Positions 17,391-27,440 of a DNA stretch of 64,000 bases are shown here, in pieces (the stretch's first letter is position 1; the number at the start of each line of letters is the position of its first letter). This DNA is from a virus. Below the pieces are notes generated by a model that was given only the letters and a program-made list of their open reading frames with translations, did not search any database and was not told the DNA's origin. The stretch lies in IMG/VR virus record IMGVR_UViG_3300012936_000004, positions 25,415-89,414 of that record. One strand, given 5' to 3'. The translations under genes were made by a program, and so were the position numbers.

Positions 17391-19697
17391 TTATATTACA
17401 CAACTTTCGCAGGCTTCTTCTTCTTCGATAATAATATCGCTGTTCTCTATATTAGTAGATTCTTCTAGTTTGTCAATATCTATTTCACCTGCGCCATCAA
17501 ATGTATTGAAATAGTACAATTGCTTACCACCATACTTATAGAACATCATTAAGTGTTGTAACATTGTACTCATTGGAATCTTTTCATCTTCATAAAATGT
17601 TGGATTATAACTTGTGTTTACGCTGATGCCTTGGTCAATATACTTTTGTAGTACTGCCATAATTTTTAGATAACCTTCAGGACTTGATTGATCCCAAAGC
17701 AATTCATACTTGTTTTTCAAATGATGGATACCGGGTACAACTTGTTTTAGAACACCATGTTTACTTTGTTTAACACTTACTAAACTACGTGGCGGCTCAA
17801 TGCCGTTTGTAGCATTACTAATTTGTGCTGATGTTTCAGCTGGCATTAGTGCCATTAGTGTACTGTTACGGATGCCTGTTTCTTGCAACATGCTACGTAA
17901 ACTATTCCAATCCATGCGTTCTACATGTGGTACTAGTTCGTCTACATCTTGCTTGTAGGTGTCTATTGGTAGTAAACCATTATGATATTTTGTTTGATCA
18001 CTCCATAAGCAAGCACCTTGCTCTTGTGCAATTTCTGCACTTGCTTTAATAAGATAATAACTCCATGCTTCAGCATATTCGTCGATCATTTCTAAATTTG
18101 GATCACTGTATGTCATCCCATTTTTAGCCATCCAATATGCTAGATTAATAATTCCAACACCTAGTGGACGTCTACCCATTGTTGCCATTTGTGCGGCAAT
18201 TACAGGATAATCTTGGTATGTTAATAATGCATCAAGTCCACGTACTGCTAATTTGCAAATCTTTTCAAAGTCTTGTGGCTTTTTAACATTACCCCAATTA
18301 ATAGCACTTAATGTACATAATGCAATCTCTCCACTTTCATCATTAAAATCATTTAATGGCTTTGTGGGTAGATTAATCTCGCAACATAAGTTACTCATAC
18401 GTACAGGTGCTACGTTTTCATTAAAACTACTATGACTGTTAGCATTGTCTACATTCATTAGATAAATGCGTCCAGTGTCTTTACGTTCACCCATAAAATG
18501 ACTGAACAATTCAATAGCACTAATTGTTTTTTTACGTAGTCTTGTGTTACGTTCTGCACGTTCGTATAGTTCTTTAAATTCGTCTTGGTCTGCAAAGAAC
18601 GCTTCATACAAGCCTGGTACATCACTAGGCGAAAATAATGTAATGTCTCCACCAGAAATCAATCTTTCGTACATTAACTTATTAAATTGTACACCATAGT
18701 CCATATGACGTACACGGTTATCTTCTACACCTTTGTTGTTTTTTAGTACCAACAAGTCTTCAACTTCGTAATGCCAAATTGGATAGTAAAGTGTTGCCGC
18801 ACCATTACGTACACCACCTTGACTACAGCTACGTGTTGCCGCTTGAAACATTTTATAGAATGGAATAACACCTGTATGATATGCATCGCCTTTACGAATC
18901 GGCGAACCAATAGCACGAACACTTCCTGCACCAATACCAATTCCTGCTTTTTGACTTACATATTTTACAATACTGCTAGTAGTAGCATTAATGCTATCAA
19001 GACTATCACCAGTCTCAATAAGAACACAACTACTAAACTGACGCTGAGGAGTACGAACTCCGGCCATAACAGGAGTAGGCAAACTAATATCAAAGTTACT
19101 AACAGCATCATAATAATCCTTAATCCATCGCATACGTGTTTCTTTTGGATAACTGTTAAACAATGTTGCCGCAATTAACATATATGCTACTTGTGGTGTT
19201 TCTTTAATTATACCTGTGACACGATTTTGTACAAGATACTTACCACGCCATTGCTCCATAGCCGCATAGGTAAAATTTTCATCTCTATCATGTTTGATGT
19301 AATCATTCATTTCGTTGATTTCATCGTCATTAAATTGATCTAGTAAGTCTTGTGTATAAAATCCTTCGTCAATATTTTTTACAATAATATCTTTAAGATG
19401 GGGAGGTTCGAATTGTCCGTATACCATTTTACGTAGATGATATACAATAAGACGACCTGCTACCCATTGGTAGTTTGGTGTATCTTCATCAATAAGTTCA
19501 CTTGCACTTTTAATAAGAGTTTCTTGAATATCTTCACTAGTAATACCGTTATAGAAATGTAAGTTACTTTTCATTTCAACCTGACTCGGACTAACTCCGT
19601 TAATACCTTCACATGCATAAAATACAACTTTGTGAATTTTATCCAGGTCGATTCCTTCTTTATTTCCATTACGTTTAGTTACTAGAATATTGCTCAT
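17391..19697 (-). CDS. nrdA: ribonucleotide reductase class Ia alpha subunit
   Basis: ATP cone, QFSSCVL, SNLCCEI, NGIEP, C-terminal CESC. Confidence 0.97.
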   Translation of the reverse strand: MSNILVTKRNGNKEGIDLDKIHKVVFYACEGINGVSPSQVEMKSNLHFYNGITSEDIQETLIKSASELIDEDTPNYQWVAGRLIVYHLRKMVYGQFEPPHLKDIIVKNIDEGFYTQDLLDQFNDDEINEMNDYIKHDRDENFTYAAMEQWRGKYLVQNRVTGIIKETPQVAYMLIAATLFNSYPKETRMRWIKDYYDAVSNFDISLPTPVMAGVRTPQRQFSSCVLIETGDSLDSINATTSSIVKYVSQKAGIGIGAGSVRAIGSPIRKGDAYHTGVIPFYKMFQAATRSCSQGGVRNGAATLYYPIWHYEVEDLLVLKNNKGVEDNRVRHMDYGVQFNKLMYERLISGGDITLFSPSDVPGLYEAFFADQDEFKELYERAERNTRLRKKTISAIELFSHFMGERKDTGRIYLMNVDNANSHSSFNENVAPVRMSNLCCEINLPTKPLNDFNDESGEIALCTLSAINWGNVKKPQDFEKICKLAVRGLDALLTYQDYPVIAAQMATMGRRPLGVGIINLAYWMAKNGMTYSDPNLEMIDEYAEAWSYYLIKASAEIAQEQGACLWSDQTKYHNGLLPIDTYKQDVDELVPHVERMDWNSLRSMLQETGIRNSTLMALMPAETSAQISNATNGIEPPRSLVSVKQSKHGVLKQVVPGIHHLKNKYELLWDQSSPEGYLKIMAVLQKYIDQGISVNTSYNPTFYEDEKIPMSTMLQHLMMFYKYGGKQLYYFNTFDGAGEIDIDKLEESTNIENSDIIIEEEEACESCVI

Positions 19698-19713
19698 GTG
19701 TCTCTGTCCTTTA

Positions 19714-20169
19714 TTACTGTTTGATTATATTTTTTACTTCGTCACTGTTTTCAACAATGCACGTGCCATCGGTTGGTAATGTACTTATAACATCACGCTC
19801 GTAGTTAAGCAAGTACTTATCATCGATTAATGCACATAATCTTTGTAGGCTATGCTCCCTACAAGTTATGTACAGTAGTTCATTTTTTATATTTGGATTA
19901 GCATAGTATATCGTGTAACTCATTCCTAATGCCAAACTGTTTTCACAAAAATCTCCTTGATGTAGCATTTCCCAAGGGGTAGGCCATTGAGAAGAATTAA
20001 CTGGATCAATGGCAATGCGAATCAAAGGAGCGGTTTGCCACCATTTAATTACTGTATCACATACATCGATTATATTGTTCGTATCGAGGCTTTTACGGAA
20101 ATCTCTCCACATACTTAAACGTTTGCTAGGAGATTCAAACCACGCCCCGTGGTTTAGTTGCTGTTCCAA
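19714..20169 (-). CDS. hypothetical protein
   Basis: WPTPWE and C/H residues suggest a transglutaminase-like fold (tentative). Confidence 0.7.
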   Translation of the reverse strand: MEQQLNHGAWFESPSKRLSMWRDFRKSLDTNNIIDVCDTVIKWWQTAPLIRIAIDPVNSSQWPTPWEMLHQGDFCENSLALGMSYTIYYANPNIKNELLYITCREHSLQRLCALIDDKYLLNYERDVISTLPTDGTCIVENSDEVKNIIKQ

Positions 20170-20822
20170 AGTTTATATGTATACTTAAATTTACTAATTA
20201 AATTATCATTGTCTGTATAAAGAAGTTTCAATCTACCTGCTGTTTGAATATCAACACTAAACACAATATCAATTGTGCCAGTTTCTGTATAGTTATCGTC
20301 AATTGTCGTAGTTGAATTTACTGTATCTGTACCAAATCTTAGTTGCCCAATACGTACACCATTTGTACTGCTTAGTGTATAATCTAAAATAACTACATCT
20401 GATTCTGTTGTATCAATACTAAAACCTGTTTCTGCTAAGTTACCATTTGCTGGTAATGATAATGAAGGAACAACTGAAGAAAATCTATCAATTTCAATTT
20501 CTGAATTGTATTTGGCAGTAATAGCTGTACCATTAGCTGGTGCTGTTGCAAATGTAAGTCCTGTTCCTGATATAGTATAATCGCCTGTGTTAACTTGATT
20601 ACCATCTACTAACACTGCAATAATATTATTAGGATTACTTAGTGCAATAGGAACAAAAAACTCAATAACATTTCCATCACCTGTACCAATATCAACAATT
20701 GTATTACCAATGAATAGCCTATGCTGATCTGTAGCATATCCTAGTTCACCTGAATCTAATAAAGGTAAATCTGTAAAGTCACCTTGTCTAATTTGAATTT
20801 TACTAATACGTGTATCTGCCAT
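20154..20822 (-). CDS. virion structural protein (fibre-like N-terminus)
   Basis: ISKIQIRQG...LP.L.SGELGYATD..RLFIGN. Confidence 0.75.
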   Translation of the reverse strand: MADTRISKIQIRQGDFTDLPLLDSGELGYATDQHRLFIGNTIVDIGTGDGNVIEFFVPIALSNPNNIIAVLVDGNQVNTGDYTISGTGLTFATAPANGTAITAKYNSEIEIDRFSSVVPSLSLPANGNLAETGFSIDTTESDVVILDYTLSSTNGVRIGQLRFGTDTVNSTTTIDDNYTETGTIDIVFSVDIQTAGRLKLLYTDNDNLISKFKYTYKLWNSN

Positions 20823-20844
20823 TTTATTTTCCTCTATAACATAT

Positions 20845-21519
20845 TTATGCTATATTATAGAACTCCTCAACTCTTTTAGCCCACTTACTTTCCCATTCTT
20901 TAAACTCGTCTGGGCCAACTTCAAACAGTTGCCAATTGCATTCACGACTACACATAAAAATAGCAATGTTTTCTATTTTAGTTTCATATAGTTCGTTATG
21001 TGCTAATCCATAAGCGGCACCTTGCATAAAGTAATCATCAATCCATTCACGTTTCTTAGGCTTGTTGGTTTGTTTGAAGTCCATTATAGTAGGCTTACCT
21101 TTGTATACACCAACTAAGTCAGTTGTACCAGCATATAATCCAGGATAGCATAAGTTTACTTCGCTACCCCACACTTCTTGTAAATGCGGCTCTACATGCT
21201 TTTTAACAGTTTCTGCCATCATTTCTGCTTGTAGTATACGATCTCCTGTATAGTCTTCATTCTTTACCCAACTTTCTAATATGTTGTGCATAATGGTTCC
21301 GACATTAGCGGCTTCTGTAACTATTTTTTGAGCTTGTTTTTCACCAACTCTTTTTTTCCAGTTAGCAAGTGCTTCTCTTTTTTCTCTTGGTTTTGTTTTA
21401 TCCAATATAGTTGTAACACTAGGTACTGGCTCGCCAAAAGGATTTTCATACAAACGTTTACCGTTTACGCTTTTACGCTTGAATTCTTCATACTTGTAGG
21501 GTGAATTTATCTTTAACAT
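20845..21519 (-). CDS. PD-(D/E)XK exonuclease (RecB/Cas4-like)
   Basis: PSVTTIL, GT.MH..LE, AGTTD, IMDFKQ, YFMQGAAY. Confidence 0.9.
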   Translation of the reverse strand: MLKINSPYKYEEFKRKSVNGKRLYENPFGEPVPSVTTILDKTKPREKREALANWKKRVGEKQAQKIVTEAANVGTIMHNILESWVKNEDYTGDRILQAEMMAETVKKHVEPHLQEVWGSEVNLCYPGLYAGTTDLVGVYKGKPTIMDFKQTNKPKKREWIDDYFMQGAAYGLAHNELYETKIENIAIFMCSRECNWQLFEVGPDEFKEWESKWAKRVEEFYNIA

Positions 21520-21550
21520 TATATGAATATAACGTAGAAAGTATTATTTG

Positions 21551-22171
21551 TCAATAACTAATAATCCAACTAAATGTTTTATTTGTGTTAGTATTAATTT
21601 GTTGATCGACACTGTATCCGAGATTTTCAAAGTACTTGACCACTTGTTGCATTTGATCAGTTTTAGCACGATCATTTGTTGTTCCGTCCCATACTGTATA
21701 AAAACTAACACTGTCTGGATTTGTTGCTGTTATAGTTGTAGCTGTTAAACCTAAGTCAACGTTAGCAGTACCAGCACCAACTACCATATCCCAGGTTGTA
21801 CTTTGTGTTGTAGTATATGTAATGATTAAATGATCAGTTGTACTTTTACTTGCAACAATACCTGATAATCCTGCATCGTTGATATCTGCAATAACTGCAT
21901 TTAAGTTTGTGCCACTTGTACCTAATGTAATTGTAGCACCGTTTAAGATAAGTGTAGGTGTACCAGTAATAGTTGGATTTGCAATACTGCCATTTGCAAC
22001 AACATCTGGTGTGCTTTCCGTCATTGCTGTGCCATCATCGACAATTGTTTGATACAGACCTGAACCTGCATCAGTTAAAATTTTCTCCATGATGTGATTA
22101 ACTTCACGGAAAATTGTTAAGTCTTGTCTTGCTTTAGCACGAGCTTCAGCTCTATTAATGTAATATGTCAT
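21551..22171 (-). CDS. probable virion structural protein
   Basis: Thr/Gly-rich; L.LNG.TITL...VIADINDAG beta module. Confidence 0.65.
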   Translation of the reverse strand: MTYYINRAEARAKARQDLTIFREVNHIMEKILTDAGSGLYQTIVDDGTAMTESTPDVVANGSIANPTITGTPTLILNGATITLGTSGTNLNAVIADINDAGLSGIVASKSTTDHLIITYTTTQSTTWDMVVGAGTANVDLGLTATTITATNPDSVSFYTVWDGTTNDRAKTDQMQQVVKYFENLGYSVDQQINTNTNKTFSWIISY

Positions 22172-22479
22172 TTCTGAGCCTTTTTAATTTGTTTGGACGC
22201 TAATTTAGATACAGTCTGATCGTCTTTTTTATTGGGGGAACTTGGAATAGCTGTATCTAAAGTAACTTCTTGTTTGTTAGCACTACCTACACTATCTAGC
22301 TTGCCGAGTAAAGTTAATAAATTCTTCATATCAATAAGGTATCCAGATGCTTTTAACTTAGCTAAAAGAGTAGGAGTACTAATTTTAGTTAAGCCACGTG
22401 CTTTTGAACGAACAATAAGTTCTTCAATACCGTTAAGCACGTATCCTTGACCTTCGTATATGAATTCATTAATTAACAT
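22168..22479 (-). CDS. putative internal head protein
   Basis: MLINEFIYE leader. Confidence 0.6.
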   Translation of the reverse strand: MLINEFIYEGQGYVLNGIEELIVRSKARGLTKISTPTLLAKLKASGYLIDMKNLLTLLGKLDSVGSANKQEVTLDTAIPSSPNKKDDQTVSKLASKQIKKAQK

Positions 22480-22489
22480 TAAACTTTTA

Positions 22490-23329
22490 TTACCCGTCTA
22501 ATTCGTTAATAAGATTAATGAAATCTGCTTGAGACATTTGACCACTTTCTACCATTTTAAAGAGCTTGTCTTTACTCTCTAGAAACTTTTTTTTAGCTAG
22601 TGTCTCTTTTTCCATAGCATTAATTGCAGATTCTGCTTTCATTTCACGACCTACTGGATTTTCATCACCTGCGGCTGCCGGATCTGCATCAAAATCATCA
22701 TCCATATCTCCCATTGGCTCATCGCCCATGTCCATGTCTGGTTCCATACTCATATCTGTTGGAGCAGGAGCCGCACTTTGATCACCAGTTGCTACTAGTG
22801 TTGCATTTTCCATTGCCTCTTTTGCCGACTTAGCTTGTTCTAAGAATGCACCAAGAGCTGCCTCTGCCGCATTGTTATATGCTTCCGCAACATCAAAGCC
22901 GATTTGCTCTTTCATTGCATCTACAATTGGCATAAGTTCTTGTACTTGCATTTCTGCTAGGTCTTCGACCATTTTCTGTACTTTGTCAACCATTTCTTTA
23001 GCCGCCAACAATACTTCTGCTTGCTCTAAGTCTGCCGCTTCTTTTACTTTTGTTTTTACTGTGCCAGCACTTCTAGTTGGCGCAACTTCATTGATATATG
23101 TTCTCAATGAATGTGAAATTAAATGTAATTTATTATATTGTGGACTCTCCCAATATGTTGCATTACTTTCTTTAATTTCTATAATCTTTGCATCGGTAGC
23201 ATTTAACATGCGCTCCAATGAATTTGTACTCATTTCGCTAATATCGATTGTATGACCAAAAGTATTTGCTAAAATACCATTGATTTTATCAACGTTATGA
23301 GATGCTGAGTTTAAATCGTTTAAATACAT
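22490..23329 (-). CDS. putative prohead core/scaffold-like protein
   Basis: acidic, helical, with an Asp/Met-rich linker and x-x-E putative cleavage sites. Confidence 0.6.
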   Translation of the reverse strand: MYLNDLNSASHNVDKINGILANTFGHTIDISEMSTNSLERMLNATDAKIIEIKESNATYWESPQYNKLHLISHSLRTYINEVAPTRSAGTVKTKVKEAADLEQAEVLLAAKEMVDKVQKMVEDLAEMQVQELMPIVDAMKEQIGFDVAEAYNNAAEAALGAFLEQAKSAKEAMENATLVATGDQSAAPAPTDMSMEPDMDMGDEPMGDMDDDFDADPAAAGDENPVGREMKAESAINAMEKETLAKKKFLESKDKLFKMVESGQMSQADFINLINELDG

Positions 23330-23359
23330 TTTCCTAATTCCCTAGTTTATATAGTATAT

Positions 23360-23866
23360 TTATAGTCTTTTTAATATTTTTTGTTTCGCTTCGCTTACTT
23401 TGCGTTTTGCATCAGATGCTTTTGCTAATGCAACGTCTTCATTTATTCCACGCTTCGCTCTTGAGTTATGTGTCCATAGTTCATATAATGAATTAGCATA
23501 ATCATTATCAAATTTTTCCAATTCTGCAATCCCACCGAGCTTACCTGTCATTTGTTTTTTTACAATACCCATTGCTGTTTCAAACAATGCTAATTCACGA
23601 TGTATAATACGATCACCTTCTACAATATTGTAAAAACGTTTTTCTCTACCAGCAAATTCTTGCAATACGATATCGATTCGATAGTTTTGTACAGTAACAC
23701 TAGATTCATCTACACGACTGTTTAATGCAACTTTCAAATCTACGTCATGATCTGCGGCTTCAGACAAGTTATGATACACTGTATCTACTTTTTCTTTCAT
23801 TAATTTTGGATTAGCACGTTGTAACTTAGATAAGATGTCGTGCATTTGCTTTGTGTTGGGATCCAT
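23360..23866 (-). CDS. hypothetical (head cluster) protein
   Basis: 168-aa ORF in late operon. Confidence 0.7.
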   Translation of the reverse strand: MDPNTKQMHDILSKLQRANPKLMKEKVDTVYHNLSEAADHDVDLKVALNSRVDESSVTVQNYRIDIVLQEFAGREKRFYNIVEGDRIIHRELALFETAMGIVKKQMTGKLGGIAELEKFDNDYANSLYELWTHNSRAKRGINEDVALAKASDAKRKVSEAKQKILKRL

Positions 23867-23868
23867 GT

Positions 23869-24096
23869 TTATGCCTTTCCGTAATTATTGATATTAAGTT
23901 TATAACTAGCGTTGCCTTGATTAACTACTTTATCTAATACGCCTCGGTGAACTAAATTTTGTGCAATATAAGACTCACGTTCATTTAATTCTTTTCCCTC
24001 TAATAATTTATCTTCTGTAAAATGTGTTTCTAAAAATTTACTTTCTCTAGAATTGATAAATGTAGGGAATCCTCCTTTGGTGACTATTGCTTTCAT
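23869..24096 (-). CDS. hypothetical protein (winged-helix-like)
   Basis: LNERESYIAQNLVHRGVL. Confidence 0.65.
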   Translation of the reverse strand: MKAIVTKGGFPTFINSRESKFLETHFTEDKLLEGKELNERESYIAQNLVHRGVLDKVVNQGNASYKLNINNYGKA

Positions 24097-24359
24097 TGTT
24101 GTTGCTCCGGACTTCCAGGTGCTTGCGGTTGCATTGCTCTAATAGGAATACCTGTTGCAACTCGTTTTGAGACACGTTTTTGAGCTTGAAACTGTTGTTG
24201 TGCTTTGACATTTGCTTCGTCATTTGCATTTTTATTTTGATTGTTTACACGACGATTCATGTTTGCGTTAGTAGCACCTTGTTGACGTACTGCCGCACGG
24301 CTTGTTCCATATGCGGGTTCATCTTGTGTACTATATTCTACTATATCACGTATTCTCAT
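24093..24359 (-). CDS. putative internal head protein (Q/N-rich)
   Basis: MRIRDIVE leader. Confidence 0.6.
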   Translation of the reverse strand: MRIRDIVEYSTQDEPAYGTSRAAVRQQGATNANMNRRVNNQNKNANDEANVKAQQQFQAQKRVSKRVATGIPIRAMQPQAPGSPEQQQ

Positions 24360-24364
24360 AATTG

Positions 24365-24646
24365 TTACCTATTTAAACGTTTTAATGCTTTACTTGCTGG
24401 GTTAAACTTCTTAGTACGGTTTGCTTTTTTAGACATACGTGCGCCCATTTTTGCTTTTGTTTTTCTAAGATTCATACGTTTCTTAATATCAATTGGCGCA
24501 CTACACTGACTTGGATCAGCAACGATCCTTCCTTTACGTCTACCTACAGAACAACGATACTTGCGTACAAGTTTTCTGCCTTTTCTAGCCCAAACAAGTT
24601 GTGCTTCAACAACAGGTTCTTCTGATGTAAATTCGTTAAAGTTCAT
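24365..24646 (-). CDS. highly basic putative prohead core / DNA-binding protein
   Basis: MNFNEF..EE leader; K/R-rich; KYRC..G.RKGR; TAAATA-N5-ATG. Confidence 0.7.
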   Translation of the reverse strand: MNFNEFTSEEPVVEAQLVWARKGRKLVRKYRCSVGRRKGRIVADPSQCSAPIDIKKRMNLRKTKAKMGARMSKKANRTKKFNPASKALKRLNR

Positions 24647-24668
24647 ATTACTATTTATACGGAAAGTG

Positions 24669-24965
24669 TTAGGTCATTAACAGTGTAACTATTACTGTTA
24701 ATACACCTGCTATGATAGTACCGCCAGTACCCATCATTATTTTATTTGTTGTATTACCTGCTTTGATCATATCCTCACGGAGTCGACCAAATTCTCTTAT
24801 GCCGTCTTCACGCATTTGGAAAACGGTTTTTTCAATGCCTGTAAGGCGAGTGTCTATGTTGTTAACTTTTTCTTCCAATACACGATACCTCTCGGCACAC
24901 AGATCAACGTGTGCTTCCAGATTCTCCCGCTCGAGTTGCGTGGTTTGAATCGCTGAAACTGACAT
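24669..24965 (-). CDS. coiled-coil protein with C-terminal TM helix (XhlA/holin-like)
   Basis: LEAHVDLCAERY coiled coil plus hydrophobic C-terminus. Confidence 0.7.
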   Translation of the reverse strand: MSVSAIQTTQLERENLEAHVDLCAERYRVLEEKVNNIDTRLTGIEKTVFQMREDGIREFGRLREDMIKAGNTTNKIMMGTGGTIIAGVLTVIVTLLMT

Positions 24966-25127
24966 TAAATACGCTTTCTACGGCTTAAATGCTTCTTAGC
25001 ATCGTGTTAGTAGTAGCCTTTTGATAACGGAGGCTAGTGACTGACTCCGCATATGCCTAATATAGTGTGCCTTTTTTCTTTGCCTAGTAGAGTTCGCTTA
25101 CTGCTTTCTACAATAGTATTTATAATA

Positions 25128-25547
25128 TCATACCAATTTAATAAAGTATAGGTTAATGTATTCATCCGACTTTGTATTAAAAATATTGTTTAAAAAATTA
25201 ACAGTTTCGTCTAAGTACGGAGTAAATGCTATTCTATTACAGTCTTGTTTTAAAAAATAAACATTATTATCATCTTGAGTAAAAACGTTGCTATGTTCGC
25301 TACTAAAGTCAAATTTCCATACTGTATGTAGTCCTGAATATGCAGTTCCGAAGGCGTAATCAACTACATCTTGTGCTTCAAAACGCTCAACTCTAATGTC
25401 CAATGGTTGACTTCTCATGCCAATACACTGAACTAATGTGTTTAAATTTTGTTGTTGATTGTATCCGTGTATATTTTTACTTCTATAGTTTATTATGTTA
25501 CTATTTGTAATGTCCACTAACGTATACGCTGTGTATTTTTCTGACAA
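25128..25547 (-). CDS. hypothetical protein
   Basis: YTLVDIT...QQQN.NTL.Q.IG.RSQP. Confidence 0.7.
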   Translation of the reverse strand: MSEKYTAYTLVDITNSNIINYRSKNIHGYNQQQNLNTLVQCIGMRSQPLDIRVERFEAQDVVDYAFGTAYSGLHTVWKFDFSSEHSNVFTQDDNNVYFLKQDCNRIAFTPYLDETVNFLNNIFNTKSDEYINLYFIKLV

Positions 25548-25555
25548 GTGTCACC

Positions 25556-26353
25556 TTACTTAACTAGTGATCTGCCAAACGCTCTTCCTGCCGCAAAGCC
25601 GCCAACTGCCGCTGTAGCGCCTGCAACGGTTCTAAAAGCCGCTCGTTTCAATCTACCAGCACCTTTTTCTGCATTTCTTACATTTTTGATTTCTAGTCCG
25701 TTATTCTGTGTCATTGACTTAAAACTAGGATATAGTTCACTTTTAATTGCTTTAGTTCTATAAAACTGTAGCAATCTAGTACTTGCTAATCCACGTTGTG
25801 CAGTATCTGAACCTGACCAGTTACTAACAATACGTCTAACACTTCTGTAATTACTATTTTGTATATCCATTCCACGCTCTAACTGCATAAAATAGTTTTG
25901 TGCGCCAACAATTGGTCTACCGGCTGCCATTTGTTGCAAGTACTGTCTAATCTTTTGCTCTGGTAATTTAACTTTATTTGCTTGAATACCAGCGGCATCA
26001 CTACTAGCAAATTTGCCAGAACTAATACTGTGCAATGCTTGATAAAGATCAGTACCGTTGTTTCTATAGTTTTTAAATTGACCGCCACCTGCAAGTAAAG
26101 TGCGTTTAGCATACGCCTGGGCTTGTGGAGCAGTGGAATAATCTTGATACATTGTATGTAATGTTAACATATTTAAAAATGCAAAGTCTAAGTTACTGCG
26201 TAAATCGCTAGTCTCAAGTTGACGCTTAGTTCTAAATAGTTTACTTTCGTTTAGACCGCCAATAAAACTGTATCGAGATTCTGTTTCATCCTCAATTGAA
26301 TGTCCGCCTTGCATTGCCGCATATTGTTGTAATGTATATTTTTTCTGTTCCAT
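25556..26353 (-). CDS. putative internal head (ejected) protein
   Basis: LNES cleavage-like site; C-terminal Gly/Ala amphipathic segment; TAAATA-N5-ATG. Confidence 0.65.
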   Translation of the reverse strand: MEQKKYTLQQYAAMQGGHSIEDETESRYSFIGGLNESKLFRTKRQLETSDLRSNLDFAFLNMLTLHTMYQDYSTAPQAQAYAKRTLLAGGGQFKNYRNNGTDLYQALHSISSGKFASSDAAGIQANKVKLPEQKIRQYLQQMAAGRPIVGAQNYFMQLERGMDIQNSNYRSVRRIVSNWSGSDTAQRGLASTRLLQFYRTKAIKSELYPSFKSMTQNNGLEIKNVRNAEKGAGRLKRAAFRTVAGATAAVGGFAAGRAFGRSLVK

Positions 26354-26366
26354 AATAATATTTATC

Positions 26367-27440
26367 TTACAAATTAGGTTGCCATCTACTACGTGGTACT
26401 AGTTTAATTTTATCTCTACCAGCAACATAACCTTCTCCACCTTCTTCACCTTTTGTACTTGCTTTAATATCAGCAGGTGCTGAATCTAATTGTGCAATAA
26501 TAGAATCTTTAACTGTCATAATTTTTACAACCAATTGTAATATTGCATTTAAACCTTTTGTATCTGATGCTAATAATTTGGCTTGCTGTCCTGCACTTAC
26601 TTTACTAGTCTTAAGCCAATCAAAAAACCCACTACCTAGTTTGTCTAGTTTACGTTGTTTGGTCATTTGATTAACATATGTATAAACAATGCCGCCTTTA
26701 TTGCTTAATCCTTTTTCAGGTGTTAACCAAGCATCAATTATTGATCCATTTGTATTAGCTAATTGTACTATTTCTTCAACTGCGCTTGTATCAATACTTG
26801 GAGTATGAGAAACATATGTTTGTCCAAACACTACTACTTCGTTTGTGTTCAATCTTTTTGTATCTTTAAGAGGTGTACCTGTACGATCTCCAAACTCTCC
26901 AAATATACTGTGTGCGGCAATACCGATTCGACTACCACCAATACGTTTACCAATAGCACTATCAGCATCTACAGTGTATGTTACGTTATTTGGCTCAAAC
27001 ATGTAAGCACCATTATTAGTTGTAAAAGGTTTAGATGGACTGTACAATAAGTCTCCGTAAACAAATCCACGCATATCTAAAGCAGTATTTTGTTCCATCA
27101 AATCAAATACTGCACCCATATTATCAGCGAAGTCTTGTCTCCAATCTTCGCCTTTGCCTGTCCCCATAATGAATTGTTTAAGTTCGTCACTACTAGTACT
27201 TTTACTTTTACCCCAACCATTTTTACCAGTTAGTACAAATGTACCATTACTATCACGCCCCCAATAAATTGTAGGATTGCCGTCCCATTTAATGGCAACA
27301 TCACTTGAGTCTTGTCCTAGTCTTTGTAAAATAGTTGCCGCACGTTTAGCACCTTTACTACCTTCAGCAAATACTAAATCTTCTAAATGCTGATATTCAC
27401 GACCGACTGTGGCTTCTGTGAGTAATTCTCTTGCTCGCAT
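26367..27440 (-). CDS. RNA-ligase-fold (covalent nucleotidyltransferase) protein, DUF6267-like, putatively virion-packaged
   Basis: motif I KWDG, III GDLLY, IV GEGYV, V KIKLV; leader MRARELLTE. Confidence 0.7.
   Translation of the reverse strand: MRARELLTEATVGREYQHLEDLVFAEGSKGAKRAATILQRLGQDSSDVAIKWDGNPTIYWGRDSNGTFVLTGKNGWGKSKSTSSDELKQFIMGTGKGEDWRQDFADNMGAVFDLMEQNTALDMRGFVYGDLLYSPSKPFTTNNGAYMFEPNNVTYTVDADSAIGKRIGGSRIGIAAHSIFGEFGDRTGTPLKDTKRLNTNEVVVFGQTYVSHTPSIDTSAVEEIVQLANTNGSIIDAWLTPEKGLSNKGGIVYTYVNQMTKQRKLDKLGSGFFDWLKTSKVSAGQQAKLLASDTKGLNAILQLVVKIMTVKDSIIAQLDSAPADIKASTKGEEGGEGYVAGRDKIKLVPRSRWQPNL

Noticed and set aside
16251-19697. Introns or inteins in nrdA/nrdB (also checked terminase, helicase, uvsX)
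   Set aside because: The ORFs are uninterrupted and of normal length, with no intein C/S...HN boundaries.
20845-21519. Cas4-like nuclease as evidence of CRISPR-Cas
   Set aside because: No repeat-spacer array or other cas genes are seen; stand-alone exonucleases of this type are common in T4-like phages.
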